Shown here piece by piece: positions 52,501 through 64,000 of a stretch of 64,000 bases of DNA. Under the pieces are notes generated by a model that saw nothing but the letters and a program-made list of their open reading frames with translations, searched no databases and had not been told where the DNA came from. The DNA comes from Tubulanus polymorphus (taxonomy: Eukaryota > Animalia > Nemertea). Every line of letters starts with the position of its first letter. Positions within the stretch are counted from its first letter, which is position 1. The DNA lies in contig NC_134031.1 in the NCBI RefSeq assembly GCF_964204645.1, forward strand, positions 5,952,001-6,016,000. The letters run 5' to 3'. The position numbers were made by a program, and so were the translations under genes.

Positions 52501-55500
52501 AGATGAATCGAGGGAGGATCCAGTTTGTAAATTTGACTATTCCTGAAAAATTACTGCTCAATTATCTGCCGGCGACGAAATTGACGGATTCGGCGACGGA
52601 TTTGAAATCCTCCCCCAAGAAAAATTTGAAAAATGACTCATTTTCCTTGTATCTAAAGATATTCTGATCCTGTCAGATTAGGTTCTTCTAGAAAATATGT
52701 TATTCACATTTTTCTGACTATTTTCTGGAATACGATGGAATGTAGCTTGGATCCGTCCCTGGTAATATCCATGTAAGATGAATATATGAGAAAAATAGAG
52801 AAATCCAACGATAAATCAGCCAAAATGAAAATTCTTGAATAGCGTATACCCGCTATATGTTTTGAGTGCTATTTTAGTACATCTGATGACGGCTTATAGT
52901 CTAGCCGAAATGACGCTCTATGTATGTATATATGTATGCATGCATGCATGCACATACATGTATACATACATATATTACGGTATTCGAGAACTTTTCATTT
53001 TTGGCTGATTTACTGTGGGATTGGGTGACATAGATAGTGGTGGTTGCTGAGTTGAATTAATCCATTGATCAAAAGATGTACCCGTATGTAAATGTATATT
53101 TTATGAATTGTTTTTATAGGAGATGACTAGTCTGCTGCTAGTGGAACGTATTTCCTCTCTAACCGATGCTAAGTGTATAGTGATTGAAAGTTTCCCGAAG
53201 AACGTACAACAAATCGCCGAATTCAACAAGCTCGTAAGTCAATTACTGGGCCTTTCGTTCGCTGAGTTCAATGGGCAATTACATTATTTGAAGTACTGCT
53301 GTTATCGCATGCTATCAACGTTTTTTAGCTCTGTTCATTAACTAGCCTAGCTTTGTGAATCCAAGTTGCTTAGCTGTCACTTAAGTTAGTACTGGTATAT
53401 CTCATCTGAAATAACTTAGCTAAGGGCTGATAATGGTTAAAAGTTACTAACCAACGTGAACTACTTAAAATAGTTTTTCTATGAGAAATGATGGCCACCT
53501 ATCTGAATGAATAACATAGAAGAGGGTCATAGTCTAATAGACTATGATCCTCTTCTATGTTACTCCTGGGATGTTACAGTTGTGTTATAACCAGGTCAGG
53601 GTCAGGTTAGGATCTGTGTAAGTTTCGCTGGCTGGTCACCAAAAATTCAGCTTGGTTTTTTAAAACCATCAACCTGCTGAGTGCCACACGGGGCATTATA
53701 TGTGGGTTTGAGGTTCCTATTTCCCAGTTACGGGGAGAGAGAAGAACCCCTCACCGAGAGGCTGTTGATGTCGACCTACTGGTCTTGTGCATATTTGTGT
53801 TTTAACTCTTTGCCTGCCAGGCCTATTTTTCAGGAAATGCTGCACTTTGCCAGGATTTCCGTGTTTTTCTGAAATTCATAAAACAAAAACTAGAAGAATC
53901 TGCTTCAAAAATCTGCTTCAAATTTGTTTTATTTTGTTCATCTGGCCTTGGTTTTTCATGTAAAATGAGCGGCATTTCTTCTAAGAGTGATAAAATCTGC
54001 AGCAATAACCAGCGAAGAGGGGGTATTTTGCAGAAAATATGCCCATTCATACGCGTTCAGGCCTCATTTCAATAGATGACATCACTAACACACTGCATAG
54101 AACGACTGGTGATAGTCTGTTTAGTAGTAAAAGGCATTAAACTAACTGGTGTTGTGCGATGAATTCGCCATCTATCATTAGAGTTAAGAAACAAGTCAAC
54201 CGTAGCAGTACGGTTTTGGCAGGCAAGTGATGGGAGATATCGAACGTACCAGTACGTGTTTGGCAGGCAATGAGTTAAGTAGTTTTTTGCTAATCGATAG
54301 AATTGTCATACAATATGTGTCTACTTTTCGTGACAGGTCGGAGGGATGAATCTGGCGGTGATATTGGACGTTGAAGAGATCACGATGATTAGACGTCTGC
54401 TCGAACGAGGTCACCTCAACGATCGCGGCGACGATAATATCAACGCTATTAAACACCGGATCAAAAACTTCAAAGATAATATTTTGCCTCTCGTGAAATA
54501 CTATGACGATATCGGACAGTTATCTATCGTAAGTAGATTTCATGCTGAGCTCTTTACAACTTGGCACAAGGTCAAGGTCATAGTGATTGATACCTGCTAT
54601 GATGATACGTACTGTGATGTATATGATAAAACGTGCTTAACTCAGACTAATGAATGATGAAATTTCACCTGAATTACAAGAAGCCTGAGTTAGAGATGAA
54701 TTTTAGGATCATTTGAAGATAGGTGCTGAATTTGTAATCTGTCTTAGGTCGATGGGCTTTGTTATGTAGCAGTAGGCCCACAAATGCTACCTTACTATAT
54801 AGATTAGGGCATTATCAATGTCGATTTTCCTTTTTCCTATAAGCTTGGGTACTTAGTCCACGAAGCAAGTGGTTAAGCAGGAATCAGTATGATGAGACAT
54901 TATGCTTTGATACTTCAAACGATTTTGCGCGTGATAACCCTTAGTGAAAAAGCCTTGATTGTCCAGGAAGAATTTAGTCAAATGTTTTTGAAATTTAATC
55001 ATCTCAATAACTGAATTATTTTGTTTGTCTTGTAGATTGATGGTGATAGGGATGTTGATGCAGTTTATGCTGATTTAGAATCAACTGTGAATTCTGTTAT
55101 TGCTGTAAGTTGTTTTTCTTTTGATCCAATATCAATGAGGAACTCGTTCCTTCAATTTAGCTATCGATTTCATTGCATACGTTTGTATTGATATTTACAG
55201 GACTGTGCTAGTGCAACGAACGGTAAGAATTGAGTTTAGTAATAATTGATTTTAAATCTTGAAGTAAAGGCTCAAAGGGCAAACGTATTTGTAACTGAAT
55301 TGCCAGGGCGCTATATTCTATTTTGTATTTTATAGAAAGTGCTTTACCTGAATATCCATTATCAAATTTTATTGAAAGTTTGCTCTTTGGGCTCAAGACA
55401 ACGGGTTACTCATATATCGTATTCATAATTTTGTTGTTCTATCATTTACACATTTACTAAAATTCTGGTTTGCTGTGTTTGAATCTCGTGATGAAACTTG

Positions 55501-58418
55501 TGGGTTATGTTAACGTACAGTCTATTAATGTGTTACGTGACTGCTGTTCTAAAAATTCAAAAGCTAGGTGTAGTTCATAATAATATAATTAACATCGCCT
55601 ATCCCTCCAGCCTAGGCTGTGTTTTATGAGTCTCCTAAATAACTTTGTGTCAGAAATCTAAAAACCAGAATAATATCTGACAATGTGGTGTGACCATGCT
55701 CGAACTAAAAATTCACAATATTAATTCTGTGTTTTTTCTATCATTTCCCTCAGCGAATCTGTCACTCGTATCAGATCCAGCCTATCAGGTAGGGGGGGTG
55801 GCGGGTCTGGGAGATACTATTACATCAGCAGGGGAGGTAGACATCGAGGTTGATGATGGCGATAAAGTTGCTGATGAGGACCAGATGAATGAGCAAACAG
55901 ACGGAAAACAAGAAGAATCAGAAGAACAGATTTCAGAAGCAGCTGTTTCTGGAAAACCTGACGGGAATGATGAGGAAATGATAAATAATGAGCAGAACAA
56001 TGACACTGTACAGGAAGAAGAGATTGTTAATGAAAACAAAGATGAGGAGGTTACTGAGGATATAGAGACTGAGGGTGCTAATGAGGGTGGACAGGAGTTG
56101 ATAGAAGAGGTTATTGAGAGTGGACAGACTCTGGAGGAGGGTGAGGCGATAGAAGAAACAGCCGAGGGTGGACAAATTCTGGAGGCGGGTGTTGCCACAG
56201 AAGAAGCGGCTGAGAGTGGACAAATTGTAGAGGAGGGTAACGCGACAGAAGAAGCAGCTGAAGCTGGGCAAGATCTCGGAGATGGACAAGAGGCAACTGA
56301 AGTTACCGATAATGTGGAAGCTACTGAGACTGAGCAAACTGTTGAAGGCGAAGAGAATGGACAGGCCAGCGAAGACACGCAGGAGATAGATGGGGGTAAC
56401 GCGGAGGCTGATGACGATGGACAACAGACTGAAGGCGCAGAGATTGACTCAACAGAAGTAGATGAAGGTGGGGATGGTACTGCTGAAGGTCAGGAAGGTG
56501 GAGATGCAGTTTCAGAAGTAGTTGAAGGTGGGCAGGATACGACTGAGAGTCAAGAAGTTGATACCGTTGGTGAAGAAGGTGCTACTGAAGTTGCCGAAGG
56601 TGGGGAGGCTGAGACCGGGGGTGTTACTCAGAGTGAAGAGGGTGCTACTGAGGGTGGGGAGGGTACCCCTGAGGGTGGGGGGGCTGGATCTGGTCAGGAA
56701 AACAATCAAACAAATTCGGGTGAAGGTAATATTACATCCGTTATATATTACAGCTTACTGTATATATTATGATAGCTTTAGAAAAATGCACATTGACATT
56801 TGAATATACAGTGTACTAGATTTTAACATGTTTGCTGCCAATTACAATGAGATATCGTACCATAGCCAGTACTATTTATCTTGTATAAATCACATAGGAC
56901 AATGTCTTCCCTGAGCAGGAATTTTGAACCATAGGCTAAGTTTTGTACTGTCGTAGACCTGCACTTTTATCAGGTTCAAACCCTATCCATATTTTGTAGC
57001 TAATCGCTTTTGTTCAGTCATTTTGATTGTTTCAATTCAATTCCTATCTGAATTATATGGTTGGATAAGGAAACATTACCCATTGGCCTTTGAGTACGCA
57101 TTAACCTTGCTGTCAAGTACTAGATTGCTCGTACTGGTTGTAGCAACTGGGAAGAAAATGAGATGGTAGTTGCAGCGAACATGTTTAAATGCACCATAGA
57201 TGATGTATATTCAGTTCACAGGCTGTTGTTTTCTTTATATTTATGTAATCTGACTATAAAAGACAGATTTGAATATACTAAAAAAAGTGATATAACAATT
57301 ATGCCCAGATCTAATGTTTTCTAGTTTTTGCTTTTTGTTTACACTGTTTAATTTTCGATCCATGACGCTAAACGGGCAACAGCTCACTCCTATACACCGG
57401 TACTATAGGCCTATTTATGTAGTTATTCACTCGAGCAATGAAAGTAGCTTATACATTTTATATTATATTATGTATACCTTTTATTTAGTTTTCATCCTCA
57501 TATTTGTATTTTCATGTGTACGTTGTATATTGAGCCCAATCACACAGAGCCAATTGCGTACTGTAATGCTTAATGTATATGAAAAAATGGCCGCTTATGC
57601 GTACAGGGGAGGGGGGGTTGAAAAATTCAAATTTTATGGGTACGTAATAAATGGATGATCCCTAAGAGGGCATAAATCAGTCACTCACAGTGGTGAGAGC
57701 TGAGTTACTTAGAGAAAGGATTAGCTCATATGGGATGATTTGATGTATGCTGAAATTTTCACAGGCCTGGTGTGATATTTTTGGTCAGGTCAAATTTTGG
57801 CTAAACGGGCATGGCCCCATTTGGCACCAGTGTGAACAGTTAGCCCTGGCTTAATTTGGCACGGGTCAAAAATGCTCGTGTGACCGTGGCTTTTGTTACA
57901 TTGTGCATATTCTTTCATACATTGCATAGATTTCTGTTATAAGGATACAATTTTTCAATGGGTCACCGGCACCGCCACTATGGCAAGCAAGGATTTCGCA
58001 ATGGTCGCCGGGTTCGCTTGTGGTTACAGGGTTACCGCGCTTCGATTTCTTCTGCGCATTTCAATCAAATTAGAATCAACTTTTCTTATTAGTGAATCAA
58101 TTTTCAGTGAAATCTATACTAAACACTGTGTGAAAAAGCAGATCTCATATCTATTCATAGACCTGTTTGATGATTTTTAGATTTGGAAGCTTAAAAATCA
58201 AGTTAAAATTAGATTGAATGAAACTAATTTTCTCTACGAATAGCGCCATCTTTTGTTGGTGAGTGTCGGTACCCCAATTATTCTGGATGCGCGAGAATTA
58301 GATCATGATTGATGAATATATGTTTCGTTGAATTCCTTCTCATTGACATTTTCGTGTTGATTATATTTTGGCAGTTGAAGACGCAATAGTGGCGGAACAT
58401 TTCGAGCCTCTCGGATAA
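46510..58418 (+). CDS. AK5: Adenylate kinase 5-like protein (N-terminal dimerisation/docking domain, two AK domains, acidic tail), 15 exons: 46510-46569, 47544-47763, 48218-48328, 48728-48903, 49407-49520, 50270-50461, 50785-50881, 51239-51601, 52308-52483, 53120-53233, 54337-54528, 55036-55104, 55201-55222, 55754-56725, 58375-58418; about 973 aa
   Basis: MTTDDAKSYLAKREVPQLFECLLTGLMYHRP matches the human AK5 N-terminus (MNTNDAKEYLARREIPQLFESLLNGLM). P-loop GGPGSGKGT, HLSMGDLIR, EGYPR and RMDDN are present and exon phases are consistent. The last three exons are less certain. Confidence 0.9.
46657..46876. mobile_element. MITE with about 30-bp TIRs in AK5 intron 1
   Basis: CGGTAAAAGTGCAGATCCGCACCTCTC / GAGAGGTGCGGATCTGCACTTTTACCG, with CTAG on both flanks. 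Confidence 0.75.
49870..49955 (+). mobile_element. L2-like LINE/SINE 3' end with (ATT)n tail
   Basis: tgtacagcgcata...tatgcgctatataagaaatgaat(tat)n stem-loop tail. Confidence 0.55.
51925..52200 (+). mobile_element. SINE remnant with conserved central domain (CORE/V-type) and L2-derived tail
   Basis: tgtcctggggcaagacacttatcctcattgcctctctccacccaggagtaaatgggtacc central block; 3' gagcgca...tgcgctatataga tail. Confidence 0.65.
52802..53022 (+). mobile_element. Inverted-repeat element containing a hammerhead-like core (Penelope-like pLTR remnant)
   Basis: Arms taaatcagccaaaatgaaaattcttgaata / tattcgagaacttttcatttttggctgattta; inside, CTGATGA-c-GGCT-tatagtct-AGCC-GAAA at 52883-52910 and a (TATG)n tract. 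Confidence 0.5.
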
Positions 58419-60689
58419 GATGGAGCAGATGTCGTCATCGCCGCAGAAAACTGACTGATTTATTACAAGTTTTGTTTCCGAATGTTTTACGTGTATCGCG
58501 CGTGTGTATATCGACAGAGTAAAAATTCAAAAATTGTTCAAAGATATCGAAACGAAATGCCATCGCGAGGCGCTCTACTTCTGTTTTGTTCAACTTATCG
58601 CTATGCCAAAATATGAAGCTCCACGATTCAGAGCAACAGGTTTATAGAAAAGGGTTTGAAAATTATTGTCCCACTTTATCGTCATTCGCTGATCTGGAAA
58701 TATTGTCTGCCTCTAGGTTGTGTTTTGGTATATATGCGTCATCCGTCCATCTAAAAATCAAATATTTCTAACTATTTCCATTGTTTATTTTTTAAATGAT
58801 ATTCATTTGGTACACGTTTCAAACGTATTAGCTATGCGAATTGGTTATACGGTGTTTTTTCGAATAATTATTTACCGATGTCGGGAGTGTAAAGAATTTG
58901 TATTTTTATTATATTTTTACAAATAAAACAAAGTTATTATGTAAACAAAGTACAACAAGTATAAGTCAATATACATATACATATATAGATACGAGTATCT
59001 TGTTAAAATGTGATATCTTATATATAATCTATTCTGTTTTATTTTTTTCAAGAAAAAAAGGTTTGAATCCATTATGTTATTGTTAGTTTTGTTGTTTTGA
59101 TTATTATTAATTGATCTTCTTCGTTACTGTAGACGTTACGCAATGTACCGTAATTAGTAACAGCTTCAAATCATTGTATATAATGTAAAAACAAAAACAT
59201 TATTATTTATTTATCTATGGCTTTTATACGGAGTATAACAAAGTGTCAAATCATGTACGGAATTTTCTGCAGCTATGTTTTTCCGTCTAAGGAGAAGGGC
59301 TTCTTTAAAAGCACTTCCTTATATATGTGTTTTGAAATGTGCAATTATTCAGAAGGATTGTTATGAGCTAAGCATCTTCTCGTGCAGGATTCAAACTCGA
59401 TGGCCTCAGGACTGTGTTGAGGTGTTAGAGGTTGTCAGAGTGGCGACTGTTTGCGCAGGATCTCTACCTTAAAATATATCCAATTTCTTATTGCGGTGTA
59501 TTTACTGTAGAAATGTCATCGACTGAGTAGATTCTAATTTCTGATTGGTGAATGAAAGGGACACAAAGTTTGAATTCTAGCGAGGGATGGCATGGGGAGA
59601 ATGAATAAGGTTTGAATTGAATTCATGTTTGGAGTCTGAAAGTTAGACTTATATAGACATCAAAGAAAATGGATTTTTGAATTCTGATCCAGCTAGATCC
59701 AGATCAGTTAGGGCTTACCCTATGCGGAATTTACTAGAAATTATGAAATCATTCTACCACTTCTAAATGTAAATCGTATAACCAAAATGATATGCATATG
59801 GTCACTTCAATCACTAGAGCACCATAAACAACTGATTTTGTTTCCGAATTCCACCAAACCTCGCCTTTTTCGTTAGTTTCACGTTCAGAAACTGGAAAGT
59901 TGCCAGATATTTGTGATTTTTTTTGTGATTTTTTTTGTACATGTTCGAGATATTTTCTCGTCTCAGCCATGCAAATAAATTTAACTTTTCAAATATCGAA
60001 AATTGTGTCTATTTTTTGTGTAGATTTACTAGGCTCGTGCCCGAGAAACCATATGGACTTAAGTTTAATCGTCGTTGTATGTCTCTTCTTATCAGCATCA
60101 GTCAAATTTGGAATCAAAATTTTCGCCAGGACAGTCAGAAATGGACAAATGGAAATCTTGGTCTTAATATGTGGGAGATTGATCCAGTGCTTTTCATTAC
60201 AACAACTTTGTCACAATTTATAAAAAGTGCCAAAGAGAAAGGATCTTTATTTGAACCATACTATTCATCAGAAGGCTTTTCCACCTATTTCGATCCAATT
60301 AAAATGTTAAATATGGCTAGGGATAGTGGTGCTGGTCATAGATAATGGGCTTCATCATCAATTATGCCCTTTGGCAATTGCCTCGGGCAATCCGTGAAAT
60401 TTTTACTTGTCCCGCAGATTTTTGTCCACTAACCGGCATGTGCTGCCACCTGTACAGTAAACAAAATACTAAAGGTTCATTGACAGGTCAGGAGTAATCA
60501 AAGATGGCGGATGCTGGCTGGATTTTCTGTCTGTGAGGAATTTTTGGAATTATTTTCGATTTTGTGGCGTTTATAGCGGTTTTATTCGATGGAATTCTAG
60601 TCGGCAGCTAGGTCGGATTAAAAACGGTCGACATGGAGTGTAATACGTGAACGCGATGATTTCGGAATACGGCTTTAAACCCAGTTGAA

Positions 60690-60843
60690 ATGGGTGCCCA
60701 GCAAACGAAGGAAAATCGTAGTAGTAGTAGTCAAGCTCATCATCAGGCTGCCTCTGCTGCTAAAGTCAAGGAAAAGAAAGCTGGAAAAGAAATTGCTCGA
60801 GCCCCCAGCGTGACATCAGTAAATATATTCACTGATCACACAG
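60690..60843 (+). CDS. ABL: Tyrosine-protein kinase Abl, first (myristoylated, 1b-type) coding exon; the gene continues beyond the window
   Basis: MGAQQTKENRSSSSQAHHQAASAAKVKEKKAGKEIARAPSVTSVNIFTDHT followed by a phase-1 GTGAGG donor. It matches Drosophila Abl MGAQQGK...NIFTEHN and the human ABL1b exon ending NVFVEH in phase 1. Confidence 0.8.
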
Positions 60844-60902
60844 GTGAGGCCATTGCTTGTTAATCAATGTTATTTGCATTTCGATAGACAGCCATATGTA
60901 GC

Positions 60903-62058
60903 CACAGGGGCTCGTTACGATAGCTGGGGGTCCAAAATCAAAGATTTGACCCAGTATCCTAGGTACCACCTATAAAAAAAGAAAAGGGAGCTAACATTTT
61001 GACATACAAGAATTGACCTTCTCATTTCAACCCCTCATAACTTCGTAACCGATCGACCGATTTACACGAAATTAGATTCGTTTCATTCCTAAGAGGTGAC
61101 TTTTTCGTTTGAGACCTTCCCCGATGAAATCGGACCGGAGACGCCCGAGAAATCACGACTCAAATCCGAAAAAACGGGTCAAAATATCCAAAGCCGGAAT
61201 TACTAGGACGGCTTGAAGTGCTCAATTTCCGACGAAAAACGATGATTTGACGCGGTTCCCGGACGTTAATCTTCACATATCATACATCGCTGGAAAGCTT
61301 ATGAACTGACCTTATTGACAGACGCGTTTATTTGATAATCCGTTCCGATACCCGCGACTGGCGAGCTGATAATCCAGATTGATGCGATAAATACGATTTC
61401 CAAGTGTATTCCGGCCGCCATTAACTGCGTGACGTCATGAGAAATCCCAGCATGCAACGCTAGATAATTAACATATTCAGTCGACCAATCACGTATCGCG
61501 AATTTATCAGTCCTCAGAGCCCGTGACGTCACACCCTCAATGGCGGTTCAGTGACGCTTAAAGTGCGTATTTATCGGTTCGGTGCGTATTATCACCTCGC
61601 TTGTCGCCGGTTTCGGAACGGATTATCAAATAAACGCATTTTTCAATAAGGTCAGTTCATAAGCTTTCCAGCGATGTATGATATGTGAAGATTAACGTCC
61701 GGGAACCGCGTCAACTCATCGTTTTTCGTCGGGAATCGACTACTCCGAGACGTCCTAGTAATTCCGGCTTTGGCTATTTTGACTCGTTTTTTCGGATTTG
61801 AGTCGTGATTTCTCGGGTGTCTCTTATCCGATTTTGTCGCGGAAGGTCTCAAACGAAAAAGTAACCTCTTAGGAATGAAACGAAACCAATTTCGAGCGAA
61901 TCGGTCGATGAGTTACGAAGTTATGAGCGATTGAAATAAGAAGGTCAATTCTAGTATGTCAAAATGTTAGCTCCCTTTTCTTTTTTTATAGGTGGTACCT
62001 AGGATACTGGGTCAAATCTTTGATTTTGGACCCCCAGCTATCGTAACGAGCCCCTGTG
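60903..62058. mobile_element. Foldback non-autonomous DNA transposon, P-element-superfamily-like, in Abl intron 1
   Basis: Inverted arms of about 450 bp, starting CACAGGGGCTCGTTACGATAGC and perfect for the first about 100 bp; exact 8-bp TSD TATGTAGC (60895-60902 / 62059-62066). Confidence 0.92.
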
Positions 62059-63035
62059 TATGTAGCAGGACCTAGGCTGTGATAGTGAACCGAACCGCTG
62101 AAGAAGGGAAGTGCAGTGTAATAAATCATGAATGAAGAAGTAAAATACTGAATCTGATTCCATCCCGCTCCCCAGAACTCTTGTCCAACTCTTCGTTGAT
62201 TTATATACTAATGACTAGTTTTTCTTTGTTTTCAAATTTGTTGCCACACATTTGTTGTATTTTGGTCCGATGAAATCATTGAGCATGCTGCCGCGATGAT
62301 GTCACCTTAGGCTTTAACTAGGCTTATTGTGAAATTGTATATCAGCATAGGCTATAGGCTATATGACTTATAAAGCCATTATGGATGAATGGCAGTAGGC
62401 CTACTAAGAGTACCATAGAAAGAACTATGAGAGAAAGACTGAACTAATTTTCAGTCAAACGGAATAAGGCGGGTTTCGATTTAGAGCGTAAAATGCTTTC
62501 GGAACAGCAATTCTTGAGTAAGGTCGATGGAAATTGTTAACAAGCCTTGTATCAGGTTAATCGGTTTCGGTTAATGGTGATTAGGTTTAGCGGCCTAAGC
62601 AAACTCGCGGAGGAGGGTAGGCGATTCCAGAATCGAGCCAGATCAAAACTTGTCTTAGTCACTGCAGTATTTCAGCAAATGGTTTGTTAGCGTTAAGGTA
62701 TTATTAAGGTAACTTAGGCTACTAGCAGCTTGATTTGATAGGCCAGACTCACATGTTTGTTTGGTGAACAATCTGGGTTTCAGGTGTTTATAGTGATCTC
62801 TATCTACTAGCAAAGGTATACTGGTATGCCTATTTGCGGTTAAGATTCTTATTTTACAGTTGGATACCATTTACCATCGGATCAGTGAAGATATTCTCAT
62901 GAACTAAGCTTGGCCTTAGGCCGATCACGATCGCTAGGGCCTATTATACAATATTTAGAGGTGTAGGTCTTATGTTTAGTTAGTCGTTGAGAGGGAGGGT
63001 GTGCTTGAGATGATCGTTTCAAATATATCCAGATA

Positions 63036-63194
63036 CAGTCAAACCCGCTTAATCCGGTTTTTGGTCCAATCCGGACAATATTTGTAGGCCATTTCTTTGC
63101 TAAGATATACAAAAAACGACTTTTAATCCAGATTTCCCGTAAACCGGATAAGTTTCGTTGGTCCCAAATGATTCGAATTAAGCAGATTCTACTG
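63036..63194. mobile_element. Tc1/mariner-pogo-type MITE
   Basis: TA|CAGTCAAACCCGCTTAATCCG...CGAATTAAGCAGATTCTACTG|TA. Confidence 0.7.
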
Positions 63195-64000
63195 TATTTC
63201 GAAAACGAAAGTACGGCTCGGGTTCAACATATAGGCTAATCGTGCTACAGTTTAATTTGTTAAAATTTCGAATCGACGATTCGTCAGTAGATGACGAATG
63301 CAAGGTAGCTGGAGATAGGAGCAACTTGTCTGGCTTGAAGAACGGCGTGCGTATAGTCAAGTGTGAGTCAGTCAGGAATGTTTCCTATCAATCATTCTCC
63401 GACTCTGTAGTGTTTTGGTGCTTCGGCCTATAGCAGTCAGAGACCACGGGTCAGGATATATTGGCCGCATCATTATCGAGTGAATGTCATGGTTGAGGCA
63501 CACGTTGTTATCTCGTTTATGACGATAACTCCTAATCGAGCTATTATATTCAGACCGCTCTAGACCCCGTTATAGTTAACTATTGCATTTAAGTCTAAAT
63601 ATACTGTCGACATAGGCAAACGTGTTTGAACTTTTTACATAAATCTCAGAACTGTGGCAGTGAAAGGAATCAGGCGTATAGGGAATTATGGTGAATACTA
63701 AAAGCTCTCTAGCTTATACGCTTCTTACTAAGTATCGAAAATAGCTTACTTCAATTCGGTGTTTTTTTTATTCGTGATAAGATCTTACTCGACTGTGGAT
63801 GGTATAGATTTGTAATTCAAAAGATGATGCATATAGAATTTGTACCAAATAATGAGGAAAGAGAAAGTTAAATGAATTTAAGCTTAAGTTAGGCCTATAG
63901 GCAGCCGAGGGATCAAGGCTTTTAAATAAAGGCCTGAATTATGGTGTATGTATATAAGTCTATCTATACACATGTTCTGAATTTTTGAAATAGGTTCGTA

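Overview
AT-rich, intron-containing genomic DNA from an invertebrate animal, probably a lophotrochozoan (inference only). Genes reconstructed by hand from GT-AG exon chains, left to right: the 5' part of an unidentified minus-strand gene; ANKRD49 (-); an orphan 6-exon gene with one hydrophobic segment (+); an uncharacterised 653-aa low-complexity protein (-); two convergent single-exon NRARP copies and two identical, oppositely oriented tRNA-Asp(GTC) genes; PIGK/GPI8 (-) head-to-head with a two-domain AK5-like adenylate kinase (+); and the myristoylated first exon of Abl (+). The most striking region is 17-38 kb. It has the order NRARP> <tRNA ... <NRARP tRNA>, which is what a staggered-break inversion produces. 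The two NRARP CDSs are identical for 218 nt while their flanks do not align. About 20 perfect CSL/Su(H) sites lie in this interval, and there may be a decayed third NRARP copy. Other highlights are a probably catalytically degenerate second AK domain, a 1.16-kb foldback P-like element with an 8-bp TSD, 32-45 bp hairpins resembling P-type excision footprints, and Penelope-type hammerhead remnants. Most short ORFs in the supplied track are noise.
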